Shown here: positions 41,936-64,000 of the stretch, in pieces | Numbering within the stretch: position 1 is the stretch's first letter | Layout: each line of letters opens with the position of its first letter | Assembly (NCBI RefSeq): GCF_009914755.1 | Contig: NC_060934.1 | Strand: one strand, 5' to 3' | Length of the DNA stretch: 64,000 bases | DNA from: the human T2T-CHM13v2.0 reference genome, Homo sapiens | Position numbers and translations under genes: made by a program | Notes under the pieces: model-generated | Told to the model about the DNA's origin: nothing | What the model saw: only the letters and a program-made list of their open reading frames with translations | Databases searched by the model: none

Positions 41936-42843
41936 CAGTAGAAGCTCTGTTAATTGACCTCCTTTTAAATATTTCTTCATTCTCTCTGTAAAACATATGG
42001 AGTCATGCCTTTAGTACAATAAACACTCGTGACTGGTTTACTACTCTCAATATGTCCACCAGTTGGGCTGGATGCTACTACAAATCAGTTGTGTATGTTC
42101 CTAAACCTGCTTATGTCAATTGTACTTGTCATTTTAATAATTTGTTTAAAGATCATGTAAATAATAAAATTTAACTATACCCAGAAATAAATATTTTCTA
42201 TGTTAACTAGATAAATGTTTTAGAAAGCCTCAATAAAGACAAGTAGCAAAAATACTATTTTGAATTTAGAGTGCCATGAAAACTAGAAAAGATTGGAGAA
42301 AAAAATCACAAATATCCAGAAGGAATTTCCATATGTAAAGGATTCTGCATAAAGATTATTTCTAAATTCTCACTATGCCTTAAAGAATACAAAACTAGAA
42401 CTCACAGATGACTCATTAAAGGTTTAGTTTTTCTGTAGGAAAAGCTATGTAGAAATCCAAACAGTGGAACTATGAGGGGAAAAAAGGTCTTAGGCTTAGA
42501 TGAAAAGATGGCTAGATAAATGCATAATTGTATACTTTAACTGAAAATGTGTAAGATTACACTGCTTTAACTTACTTTAAATATTTAAAAATATTATCAT
42601 AAATATTATCCGGTTGCTATCACTATCAAAATATTATTATAAATTTTATCATTCTGAGTAGGCATCTTCCTCATTCCTTTCCCTAAAGGTAGCGAATGAT
42701 GTCAGTTTCTTATTTATTTTTTCATAGACTATTCATGTAAAACCAAAAAGTCTCCTTCCCTGTTCTGTAACAAATTAACAGACTTTTTTGATAAATCAAC
42801 CAAATTCAAATCCAAGTTGTATGGAATAAGAAGGCCTCTACTG
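41936..42843 (+). mobile_element. Ancient TcMar-Tigger-like DNA transposon
   Basis: TA|cagtagaagctctgtt ... aaggcctctactg|TA imperfect TIRs with TA duplications; degenerate transposase-like interior. Confidence 0.55.
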
Positions 42844-43014
42844 TATAAAGCACCATTTCACTAAAAAATGTCTTTATACATGTTGTCAAATAAGAAGTGT
42901 AACATACTGGTAGAGATCACATGATCACATTATGTTTTCTACTTTTATTTTAAAGTATATAATTAATTTCTAGATATTTGAGGATTAACTATTTATCTTT
43001 TGTTAATACAAGTT

Positions 43015-46000
43015 TTTTTGTTTTGGTAAAATATAAATAACATTAAATTTACCATCTTAACCATTTTAAGTAGTATACAGTTAAGTAATGTTAAGTATTC
43101 ATATTGTTATACAGCCATTACCTCCATCCATCTTCAAAATTCTTTTAACCTTACAAATCTGAAACTATAACCTTTAAACAGTAACTTTCCAGTCTCCCCA
43201 GCTGTTGACAACCACCTTTCTCCTCTCTGTCTCTATGAATCTGACTACTCTAGGTACCTCATAGAGGTGGAATCATACAATATTTATCATTTTGTGACTT
43301 TTTGTGTCTATTCATGGTTTATTTCTGTTAGCATAACATATTCAAAGTTCATCCATGTTGTAGCATGTGTCAGAATTGTCTTCCTTTTTAAGGCTGAATA
43401 ATATTCCACTGTATGGGTATACCACATGTTGTTTGTTAATTTATTCATCATAAGTGGTTAAGTGGACAGTTGGATTGCTTCCATGTTTTAGCTGTTGTGA
43501 ATAATGTTGCTATTAATATGGGTGTACAGATATCTCTTCAAGATCCTCCTTCTATTTCTTTGGTGCATACATGCAGAAGAATTGCTAGGTCATGTGGTAA
43601 TTCTATTTTTAATTTTTTGAGAAACTGCCTTAATGTTTTCCATAGTGGCCCTACCATTTTAATTTTCACCAACAGTGCACAAGGGTTTCAATTTCTCCAC
43701 ATCCTTGCCAACAATTTTTAATTTTCTGGATTTTAAAAAATAACAGTCACCCTAATGGGTGTGAGGGTAGTATCTCATTGTGCTTTTGATTTGCATTTCC
43801 CTAGTGATTAGTGATGTTGAGTGTCATTTCATATACTTATTGACTATTTATATATCTTTTTTTTGGGAAAAATGTCTATTCAAGTCCTCTGTTCATTTTT
43901 GAATTGGTTTGTCTGATATTTTTGTTGTTGAATTTAGTAGTTCTCTACATATTCTGGATATAAATCTCTAATATGATATATGACTTGTAAATATTTTCTC
44001 CCATTCCATAGGCTATCTTTTTACTTTGTTGATGATGCCATCTGATGCATAGAAGTTTTTAATTTTCATGATGTTGAATTTGTGTATAGGCATACCTCAT
44101 TTTATTGCGCTTTGTTTTATTGTATTTTGAATGTGTTGTGTTTTTTACAAATTGAAAATTTTTGGCAATCCTGCATCAAGCAAGCCTATCAGAACCATGT
44201 TTCCAATGGCATGTGTTCATGTGCTCACTTCGTGTCTCTGTGTCACAATTTGGTAATTCTTACAGTATTTCAAACTTCTTCATTCTTATTGTATCTGTTA
44301 TGGCGATCTGTGATCAATGATCTTAGGTGTTATTATTGTAATTGTTTTAGGCACCGTGAACCACGCCCTTGTAAGATGGTGAACTTAACTGATGAATGTT
44401 GTGTGCATTCTGACTGCCCCACCAACTGGCCATTCCCCTATCTCTTTCCCTTTCCTTGGACTTCCCTATTCCCTGTGACACAATAATATTGAAATTAGGC
44501 CAATTTCAATATTAGGCCAATTCAAATTAGGCCAATTTCAATATTAGGCCTGAAATTTCACTGGCTTCAAAATGTCCAAGTGAAAGAAAGAGCCGCACAC
44601 TTCTCCCTTTAAATCAAAAGCTAGAAATGATTTAGCTTAGTGAGGAAGCCACATCAAAAGCCAAGACAGGCTGAAAGCTAGGCCTCTTGCACCAGATAGT
44701 TAGCCACGCTGTAAATACAAAAGAAAAGTTCCTGAAGGAAATTAAAAGTGCTACCCTAGTGAACATATGAATTATAAGAAAGTGAAACAGCCTTATTGCT
44801 GATATGAAGAAAGTTTACTAGTCGGGTAGAAGATCAAAGAAGCCATGACATTCCCTGAAGCCAAAGCCTAATCCAGAGCAAGGCTCTAACTCTCTTCATT
44901 CTATGAAGGTTGAGAGAGGTAAGGAAGCTGCAGAAGAAAAGTTGGAAGCCAGGAGAGGCTGGCTCATGAGGTTTAAGGAAATAAGCCATCATCTCCAAAA
45001 CATAATAGTGCAAGGTGAAGCAGCAAGTGCTGATCAAGAAATTGCAGCAAGTTATTCAGAAGATCAAGCTAAGACAATTGGTGAAAGTGGTTACACTAAA
45101 CAACAGATTTTCAACATAGATGAAACAGCCTTCTAATGGAAGAAGATGTCATTTAGGACTTTCATAGATAGAGAAGTCAACGTCTGGCTTCAAAGCTTCA
45201 AAGGAAAGGCAGGCTGACTCTCTCATTAGGGACTAATGCAGCTGGTGACTTTAAATTGAAGCCAATATTCATTTACCTTTCTGAAAATCCTAGGGCCCTT
45301 AAGAATTATGGTAGGCCAGGCATGGTGGGACCATGCCTATAATCCCAGCACTTTGGGAGGCCGAGGCGGGAGGATCACTTGAGGTCAGGAGTTCAAGACC
45401 AGCCTGGGAAACATAGCAAGACCCCATCTCTACAAAAAAATAAAAAAATGAGCCAGATATGATGGCACATGCCTGTAGTTCCAACTACTTGGGAGGCTGA
45501 GGCAGGAGGATCACTTGAGCCTAGGAGTTAAGGGGCTGCAGTGAACTATGATAATGCCACTTCACTCCAGTGTGGGCAACATAGCAAGACCCTTGTCTTT
45601 AAACAAAGGAGTTATGCTATGCTGAAGAGAGGCAATGATAAAAATGACTTATGTTAAATCTACTCTGCCTGTGCTCTTTAAATGGAAAAACAAATCCTGG
45701 GTGACAATACATCTTTTTTTTTTTTTTTTGCCTTTACTTTCATTATATGGAAAAATTGCAAGACAGCACATCTGTTTACAGCATAGTTTACTGAATATTT
45801 TAAGCCCACTATTGAGACCTACTGCTCAGAAAAAAAGATTTCTTTTAAAATATCACTGCCCATTGACAATGCACCTAGTTACTCAAGAACTCTGATGGAG
45901 ATGTACAAAGAGACTAATATTTCCATACCTGCTAACACAACAACCATTCTTTAGCCAATGAATTAAGGAGCAATTTCAACTTTCAAGTCTTAATAGTCAA

Positions 46001-47450
46001 GAAATACATTTTGAGATGCTATAGCTGCCAGAGATAGTGATTTTTCTGATGGATCTGGGCAAAGTAAGTGAAAATCTTCTGTCAAGGATTCATCATTCTA
46101 GATGCCATTAAGAGCATTTGTGATTCATAGGAGGAGGTAAAAATATCAGCATTAACAGGAGTTTGGAAGAAGTTGATTTCAACCCTCATCTGATCTCATA
46201 AATGACTTTGAGGTTGTCAAGACATCAGTGGAGGAAGTAACTGCAGATGTGGTAGAAATAGCAAGAGAACTAGAATTAGAAGTGGAGCCCGAACATATGA
46301 CTGAATTGCTGCAATCTCATCATAAAACTTGAACAGATAAGATAAGTAGTTGCTTCTTTCTTTCTTTTTCTTTTTTGAGATGGGGGTCTCACTCCGTCAC
46401 CCAGGCCAGAGTGCAGTGGTGTGATCTTGGCTTACTGCAACCTCTGCTTCCTGGGCTCAAGTGATCCTCCCACCTCAGCCTCTTGAGTAGCTGGGACCAC
46501 AGGTGCATGCCACCACACCTGGCTAATTTTTTTGCATTTTTGGTAGAGATGCTGTTTCACCATGTTGCCTAGGCTGGTCTCAAACTCCTGAGTTCAAGTG
46601 ATCCGCCTGCCTCAGCCGCTCAGTGTTGGGATTACAGGCATGAGCCACCATGCCTGGCTGAGTAGTTGCTTCTTATGGATGAGCAAAGGAAGTGGTTTCT
46701 TGAGATGGAAACTACTCTCAGTGAAGATGCTGTGAACATTGTTGAAATGACAACAAAGCATTCAGAAAATTTCGTAAACTTAGTTGATAAATCAGCAGCA
46801 GGTTTAGAGAGAATTGACTCTAACTCTGTAAGAAGTTTTACTGTGGGTGAATGCTATCAAACAGCATTACATGCTACAGATAAATCTTTTGTGAATGGAA
46901 GAGTCAATTGATGCAGCAAACTTCATTATTATCTTATTTTAAGAAATTGCCACAGCCACTGCATCCTTCAACAACCACTACCTTGATCAGTCACCAGCCA
47001 TCAACATTGAGGCAAGACCCTCCACCAACAAAAAGATGATGATTCATTGAAGGCTCAGAAGATCATTAACATTTTTTAGCAATAAAGTGTTTTTAAGTTA
47101 AGGTATGTACATTGTTTTTAAGACATAATGCTATTGCACACTTAATAAACTACAGTATAATTTGAATATAACTTTTATATGTCTGGGAAACAGAAAATTA
47201 ATGTCTTGCTTTACTGTGATGTTCACTTTATCATGGTGGTCTGGAACTGAACTCGCATTATCTCTGAGAGATGACTATATTTTTTATTTTGTTGCCTATG
47301 TCTTTGGTGTCATATCTAATAACTAATTGCCAAATATAATGTCATGAAGCTTTTGTTCTATCTTTTCCTCTAAGAGTTTATAGTTTTAACTTTTGTCTAG
47401 GTCTTTAATTCATTTCGAGTTAACTTTTGTATATAGTGTTAGGTAAGGTA
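43015..47450 (-). mobile_element. L1MA/MB 3' region split by Tigger1
   Basis: L1 motifs at 43015-44085 resume at 47280 (ttttgttgcctatgtctttggtgtcatatc). Confidence 0.85.
44087..47277 (+). mobile_element. Near full-length Tigger1 DNA transposon with Alus at 45314-45607 (+) and ~46355-46658 (-)
   Basis: TA|(t)aggcatacctcattttattgcgc start and atctctgagagatgacta|TA end; transposase remnants [14 protein letters not shown] and [11 protein letters not shown]. Confidence 0.92.
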
Positions 47451-48506
47451 CTGGTTATCTTTTTGTTACTGATTTTTAGCTTAATTCCATCATGGTGAAA
47501 GGACACATTCCATATGATTTTTATACTTTAAAATTTCCTGGGAGTTGTCTTATAGTCCATCTTGAAAAGAAAATGAATTCTGAAATTTATGAATACAGTG
47601 CTCTAAAATATGTCCATTAGATCAAGAGCATTTTGTACTTTAGATCTATATTCTAGAACTTCCACTTAGAGGAATACGAAGTAGGCTTACTTTTCTCTAA
47701 GTATAGTTAAAAACCATGGTCATTATATATAAACAAATATTAGAAAACTCTGAAGGGTGGATAAAAGAAGAAAGACACTCAATGGACTCAAGGGACGTTT
47801 GGGACCTGAGAAATGATCTGGTGAGCTCTCTACGTTTGTCTTATATATCCCAGGCTGGGAGCTAAAGAAGCTGGCAACTCAGAATTGCCAAAGAGCGTAG
47901 ACTAAAAACAAAACAAAATAAAACCTCAACAAAAGCCTACTCTTTCCAGTCAAAGGATCAGGAAAAGGGTAGCCTAGCAAGATAGGAAACTTTCAGACAA
48001 TAATCATTCTACTCTAGCTAAACACCACAGAAAACATAGGGCTCCACTCCCAGTAGCAAAGGCTAAGTGAGGAGCTTATATTTAATCCTTGGAAGTCTGT
48101 AATAAAGTACTCCAAAACCCTACCAGAATGATATCAGAAAATGCTAAGTAAGGAGCAAGGACTTTCATTTTCATCAGCTGGTAATGCAGTACCTTCCTGC
48201 AGTCTAGTGGAGACCATGTGAGAAGCTGGAAGTCCCACCCCTGCCTGTAAATAATGAGGAGCTCTCATCTTCAGGTATCATGGATTCTGAGTGGAGAAAC
48301 TAGACTACTACCTGCACCTAGCAATAATGACATGGTGTTCCTCTCTCCCCCAACCAGAGCAGTGTCAGAAAAAGTCTGTTAAAACAGAAGGTTTAAAAAA
48401 GTCCCATAGTCTCATAACATAATATGAAATGTTCAGGTTTTAATAAAAAAACTAAAAAGTATTCTCAAAAACTAGGAAGATGTCAAACTGAATTTAAAAA
48501 GACAAT

Positions 48507-48958
48507 TGTTTTAGCCAGGGTTCTCTAGAGGGACAGAACTAATAGGATAGATGTATATATAAAGGGGAGTTTATTAAGGAGTATTGACTCACACAATCAG
48601 AAGGTGAGATCCCACAATAGGCCATCTGCAAGCCAAGGAGCAAGGAAGCCACTCCAAGTCCCAAAGCTGAAGAACTTGGACTCCAATGTTCGAGGGCAGG
48701 AAGCATCCAACATGGGAGAAAGATGTAGGCCAGAAGACTAAACCAGTCTACTTTTTCCACATTCTTCTGCCTGCTTTTATTCTGGCCATGCTGGCAGCTG
48801 ATTAGATTGTGCCCACCCAGTTTGGGGGTGGGTCTGCCTTTCCCACTCCACTGACTCAAATGTTAATCTCCTTTGGCAACACCCTCACAGACACACCTGG
48901 GAACAATACTTTTCATCCTTCAATCCAATCAAATTGACACTCAATATTAACCATTGCA
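48507..48958 (-). mobile_element. MLT2A (HERV-L) solo LTR
   Basis: tgttttagccagggttctctagagggacagaactaatagga ... aatattaaccattgca; perfect 5-bp TSD ACAAT. Confidence 0.92.
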
Positions 48959-48982
48959 ACAATCAATAAATATCCACACCAA

Positions 48983-49639
48983 GAGGCAGAGATGCTAAAA
49001 TTATCTGACAGATTTGAAAGCAGCCATGATAAACATGCTTCCATAAGCAATTACAAACATTCCTGAAACAGGCTGGGCACAGTGTAATCCCAGCTGTTTG
49101 GGAGGCTGAGGCAGGTGGACCACTTGAGGCCAGGAGTTTGAGAACAGCCTGGCCCATATGCCGAAACCCTATCTCTACTAAAAATACCAAAAAAAAAAAA
49201 AAAAAAGCCGGAAGTGGTGGTGCACACCTCCCAGCTACTTGGGAGGCTGAGGCCTCCTTTATAAACCTCTTTCCTTTATAAATTACCCAGTCTCAGGTTT
49301 GTCTTTATTAGCAGTGTGAGAACAGATTAATACAGTTGTTTTCTCATCAGAAACCATAGAAGTAGAGGCTTCAGCCTCCCAAGTAGCTGGGACTACAGGC
49401 GTGCACCACCACACCCAGCTAATTTTTTTTTTTTGTATTTTTAGTAGAAGTGGGGTTTTGCCATATTGGCCAGGCTGTTCTCAAACTTCTGGCCTCAAGT
49501 GGTCCGCCTGCCTCAGCCTCCCAAACAGCTGGGATTACACCACGCCCAGCCTGTTTCAGGAATGTTTGTAATTGCTTATGGAAGCATGTTTATCATGGCT
49601 GCTTTCAAATCTGTCAGATAATTTTAGCATCTCTGCCTC
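48983..49639. repeat. Inverted duplication (arms 48983-49256 and 49366-49639, 109-bp spacer)
   Basis: Arms are reverse complements containing ~88 bp of L1 flank plus the same deleted Alu 5' part. Confidence 0.95.
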
Positions 49640-50318
49640 CCATCTACCCAGAAGGTGGAGGCTGCAGTGAGCTGAGATCACGCCACTGTACTCTAGCCTG
49701 GGTGACAGAGTGAGAACCTGTCTCAAACAAAACAAAACAAACATTCCTGAAACAAATGACAAACTAGAAAGCCTCAGTCAAGAAATAGGATATAAAAGGA
49801 AAAAACAAATGAAAATATTATAACAAAAATACAATAACTAAAATAAAAAGTCAAGTGGATGGGATTGAAGGAAAGTGGAATGGAATCAAGAGAAAAGAAT
49901 CAGCAAACTAGAATATGGAAATATGGAGATTACCCAATCTGAACAACACAAATAAAATAGACTAAAAAATCAAAAATGAGCAGAGCTTCAGGGACATGTA
50001 GGTATATCACAAAATACCTAACATTCAGGATACCAGAATCCAGTAAGGAAAGGAGAAAGAGAGTGGGCCTAAAAAAGTTTGAAAAGAAATAATGGTGGAA
50101 ACCTTTCCATCACTATTTGTTGAAAGACATAAACCTACAATTCAAGAAGCTGGGTGAAATCCAAATAGGGTAAACCCAAAGAAATCCATGTTAAGATACA
50201 TGATAAGTAAACTACTGAAAACTAAAGAAAATGTAAAAAATCTTGAAAGTAGACAGATTAAAAAAAAACAAAAAACATCACCTTAACTATATGAGAAAAC
50301 AATTAGAATAGTAGCTGG

Positions 50319-50667
50319 TGATATGGTTTGGCTCTGTGTCCCAACTCAAATCTCACCTTGAATTGTAGTAATACCCATGTGTCAAGGGTATGGCCAGGTG
50401 GAGATAATTAAGTGAGTTTCCCCATACTGTTTTTGTGATAGTGAATAAGTCTCGCGAAATCTGATGGTTTTATAAATGGGAGTTCCCCTGCACATATGCT
50501 CTTGCCTGACACCATGTAAGATGTGACTTTACTCTTCCTTTGCCCTCTGCCATGATTGTTAGGCCTCCCCAGCCATGTGGAACTGTGAATCCATTAAACC
50601 TCTTTCCTTTATAAATTACCCAGCCTCGGGTATGTCTTTATTCGCAGCATGAGAACAGACTAATACA
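50319..50667 (+). mobile_element. THE1B-like MaLR solo LTR
   Basis: tgatatggtttggctctgtgtccc ... aaacctctttcctttataaattaccc ... gactaataca. Confidence 0.92.
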
Positions 50668-50697
50668 CTTGGTTTCTCATTAGAAACCATGGAGGTA

Positions 50698-55760
<5,063 letters not shown>

Positions 55761-55906
55761 GAAAGCCACAGTGGCCAAAAAGGAGTAGCATAATATTTCC
55801 AAGAGCTGCAAGTAAATAACTGCCAACTCAGAATGCTATTCTCAGCAAAAATATTCTGGAATGAAGGAAAAAGTCAAGACAATTGCTGATGATGGAAAAG
55901 TAAGAG

Positions 55907-58190
<2,284 letters not shown>

Positions 58191-58458
58191 TAAGAAAAAG
58201 AATACAGCAATATAGAAAAATAATTATATACCACAATCACATATGTTTTTTTCCTCAGGGATGCAAAGTTGTTTTAATATTTGAAAATCAATTAATCAAT
58301 GTGATCTACCATATTAACAAGATAAAGAAGAAAATCATAATCTTATAATTCTTGGTGACAGGAATTTGATGAAGAAAAAGCTTTTGATAAAATTTCGCAT
58401 TCATTCATGGTATAGTTTTGCAAGATGTTACCATTTGGGGAAGTTAGGTAAAGGGTAC

Positions 58459-59440
58459 TGACATGGTTTGGATCCCAAATGTCATGTCAAATTGTAACCC
58501 CCAGTGCAGGAGGTGGGGCCTGGTGGGAGGCAATTGGATGATGGGGGCAGTTTCTCACGAATGGTTTAGCACCATCCCCCTAGTGCCATTCTTGTGATAG
58601 AGTTCATGAGATCTGGTTGTTTCAAAGTGTGTAGCACCTCTCCTGTCTCTTTCTTCCTCCTGCTCTGGCAATGTAAGAGGAACCTGTTTCCCCTTCACCT
58701 TCTACTTGGATTGTTAGTTTCCTGAGGCCTCCCCAGAAGCTGAGTAGATGCCAGAATTATGCTTTCTGTACAGCCTGCAGAACCATGAATCAGTTAAACC
58801 TTTTCTTCATAAAACACCCAGTCTCAGGTATTTTCTTGTAGCAATGTGAGAATGGACTAATACGGAAAATTGGTACCAGAATGGGGATATTGCTATAAAG
58901 ATACCTGAAAATGTGGAAACAGCTTTGGAACTGGTTAACAGGCAGAGGCAGGAACAGTTTGGAAGTCTCAGAAGGAGAAAGGAACATTAGGGAAAATTTG
59001 GAACTTCCTAGAGACTTGTTGAATGGTTATGAGCAGAATGCTGTTAGTGCTATAGACAATGAAGTCCAGGCTGAGGAGGTCTCATATGGAAATAAGGAAC
59101 TTATTGGGAAGTGGAACAAAAGTTGCTTTTGTTATGGATTAGCAAAGAACTTGGAGGCATTGTGCCCCTGCCCTAGGGATCTTTGGAACTTTGAACTTGG
59201 GAGTGATGATTTAGTGTAGCTGGTGGAAGAAATGTCTAAGCAGTATAGCATATAAGATTTGACCTGCTGCTTCTAACAACCTAAGCTCATATGCATGAGC
59301 AAAGAAATGACCTAAAACTGAAGCATATTTAAAAGGGAAACAGAGAGTAAAAGTTTGGAAAATTTGAAGCCTGGTCATCTGGCAGAAAAGAAAAGCCTAT
59401 TTTCAGAGAGGAATTTAAGGAGGCTACAGAAATTTGTATA
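58459..59440 (+). mobile_element. MST (MaLR) LTR (58459-58864) followed by a truncated MST internal region
   Basis: tgacatggtttggat...gaggtggggcctggtgggagg...ggactaatac, then gaaaattggtacc...aaagatacctgaaaatgtggaa. Confidence 0.88.
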
Positions 59441-59644
59441 ACTAATAACAAGTATTTTTCTTGTTGTTCTTCTAGTATCTTAATATACATTCTCTTAGAA
59501 TTATTTTAGTAGTTGCCATGGAGCACTCAATATACATCTTTGATTTATTAAAGCCCAATACGAAATAGTACTTTTACCACTTCTCATTCTATGCAAGCAC
59601 CTTGGAATACTTTTGGAATACTTTAGCTTTATTTACCACCACCA

Positions 59645-63540
<3,896 letters not shown>

Positions 63541-63556
63541 TGCAGTATTGCTTTTA

Positions 63557-63636
63557 TTAGGTTGGTGCAAAAGCGATTGTAGTTTTTGCCATTGAAAGTC
63601 ATGGCAAAAACATCAATTACTTTTGCATCAGCCTAA
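63557..63636. mobile_element. MADE1 (Hsmar1-derived 80-bp MITE)
   Basis: ttaggttggtgcaaaag...tttttgccattgaaagtcatggcaaaaa...cttttgcatcagcctaa; 80-bp near-palindrome. Confidence 0.92.
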
Positions 63637-64000
63637 CAAAAATTGGAATTCCAATGTTCATTGCCACTATGTAGAAATACAATTGATTTTTTTGTATATT
63701 TGCCCTGCATCTTATGACCTTGCTAAAGTCACTTGTTAATTCTAACAGTTTTTTGGGTAGATTCTTTGGAATTTTCTATATAGGCAACATATCATTTCGG
63801 TTTTACAGACATCTTTACCATTCCTTTAGCTCTTCATTCTTTTCTGAATATCTGTGATCTTAATCTGGTTATTTTCCTTCTGCCTGCAGATCTTTCTTTC
63901 TTTCTTTCTTTTCTTGATATAAGTGTGCTGGTTATAAATGCTTCAACTTTTGCTTGGCTGGAAATGTCTTTATTTTCCATTTATTTTGGGAAGATATTTT

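Noticed and set aside
44903-45136. Transposase-like ORF resembling TIGD1
   Set aside because: Fragment of a decayed Tigger1 with stops, frameshifts and Alu insertions; not a domesticated gene.
58911-59219. 102-aa gag-like ORF
   Set aside because: Common MaLR internal remnant, truncated.

Overview
Primate (almost certainly human) non-coding genomic DNA with no credible protein-coding gene. Nearly all ORF-track entries are Alu, L1, LTR or Tigger read-throughs. Two processed pseudogenes are clear on the minus strand: RPL39 (~6700-7112) and a full-length HMGA1b/HMG-Y retrocopy (~12658-14344). A CpG island at ~32.1-33.0 kb carries a dense MEIS/PBX (TALE) motif cluster and is followed by plus-strand splice signals (donor at 33231, exon 34033-34169). 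From memory only, and not verified, this combination matches human 10q22.2 (RPL39P25, HMGA1P5, 5' end of lncRNA ZNF503-AS1). The left half is GC-rich with several homeodomain-motif-rich unique blocks. From ~35.2 kb to the end the sequence is almost entirely nested transposons (L1M, Alu, MER11, MLT2A, THE1B, MST, full-length Tigger1, MADE1). Most notable observations: (i) three candidate TALE-HOX regulatory modules; (ii) a ~274-bp-arm palindrome at 48983-49639 whose spacer was copied from 1.3 kb downstream; (iii) the HMGA1 retrocopy keeps CpGs and miRNA seed matches but has lost its ORF; (iv) several micro-scale template-switch and retro-insertion scars. I see no new multi-gene system. Repeat subfamily calls come from remembered consensus sequences and their boundaries are approximate.
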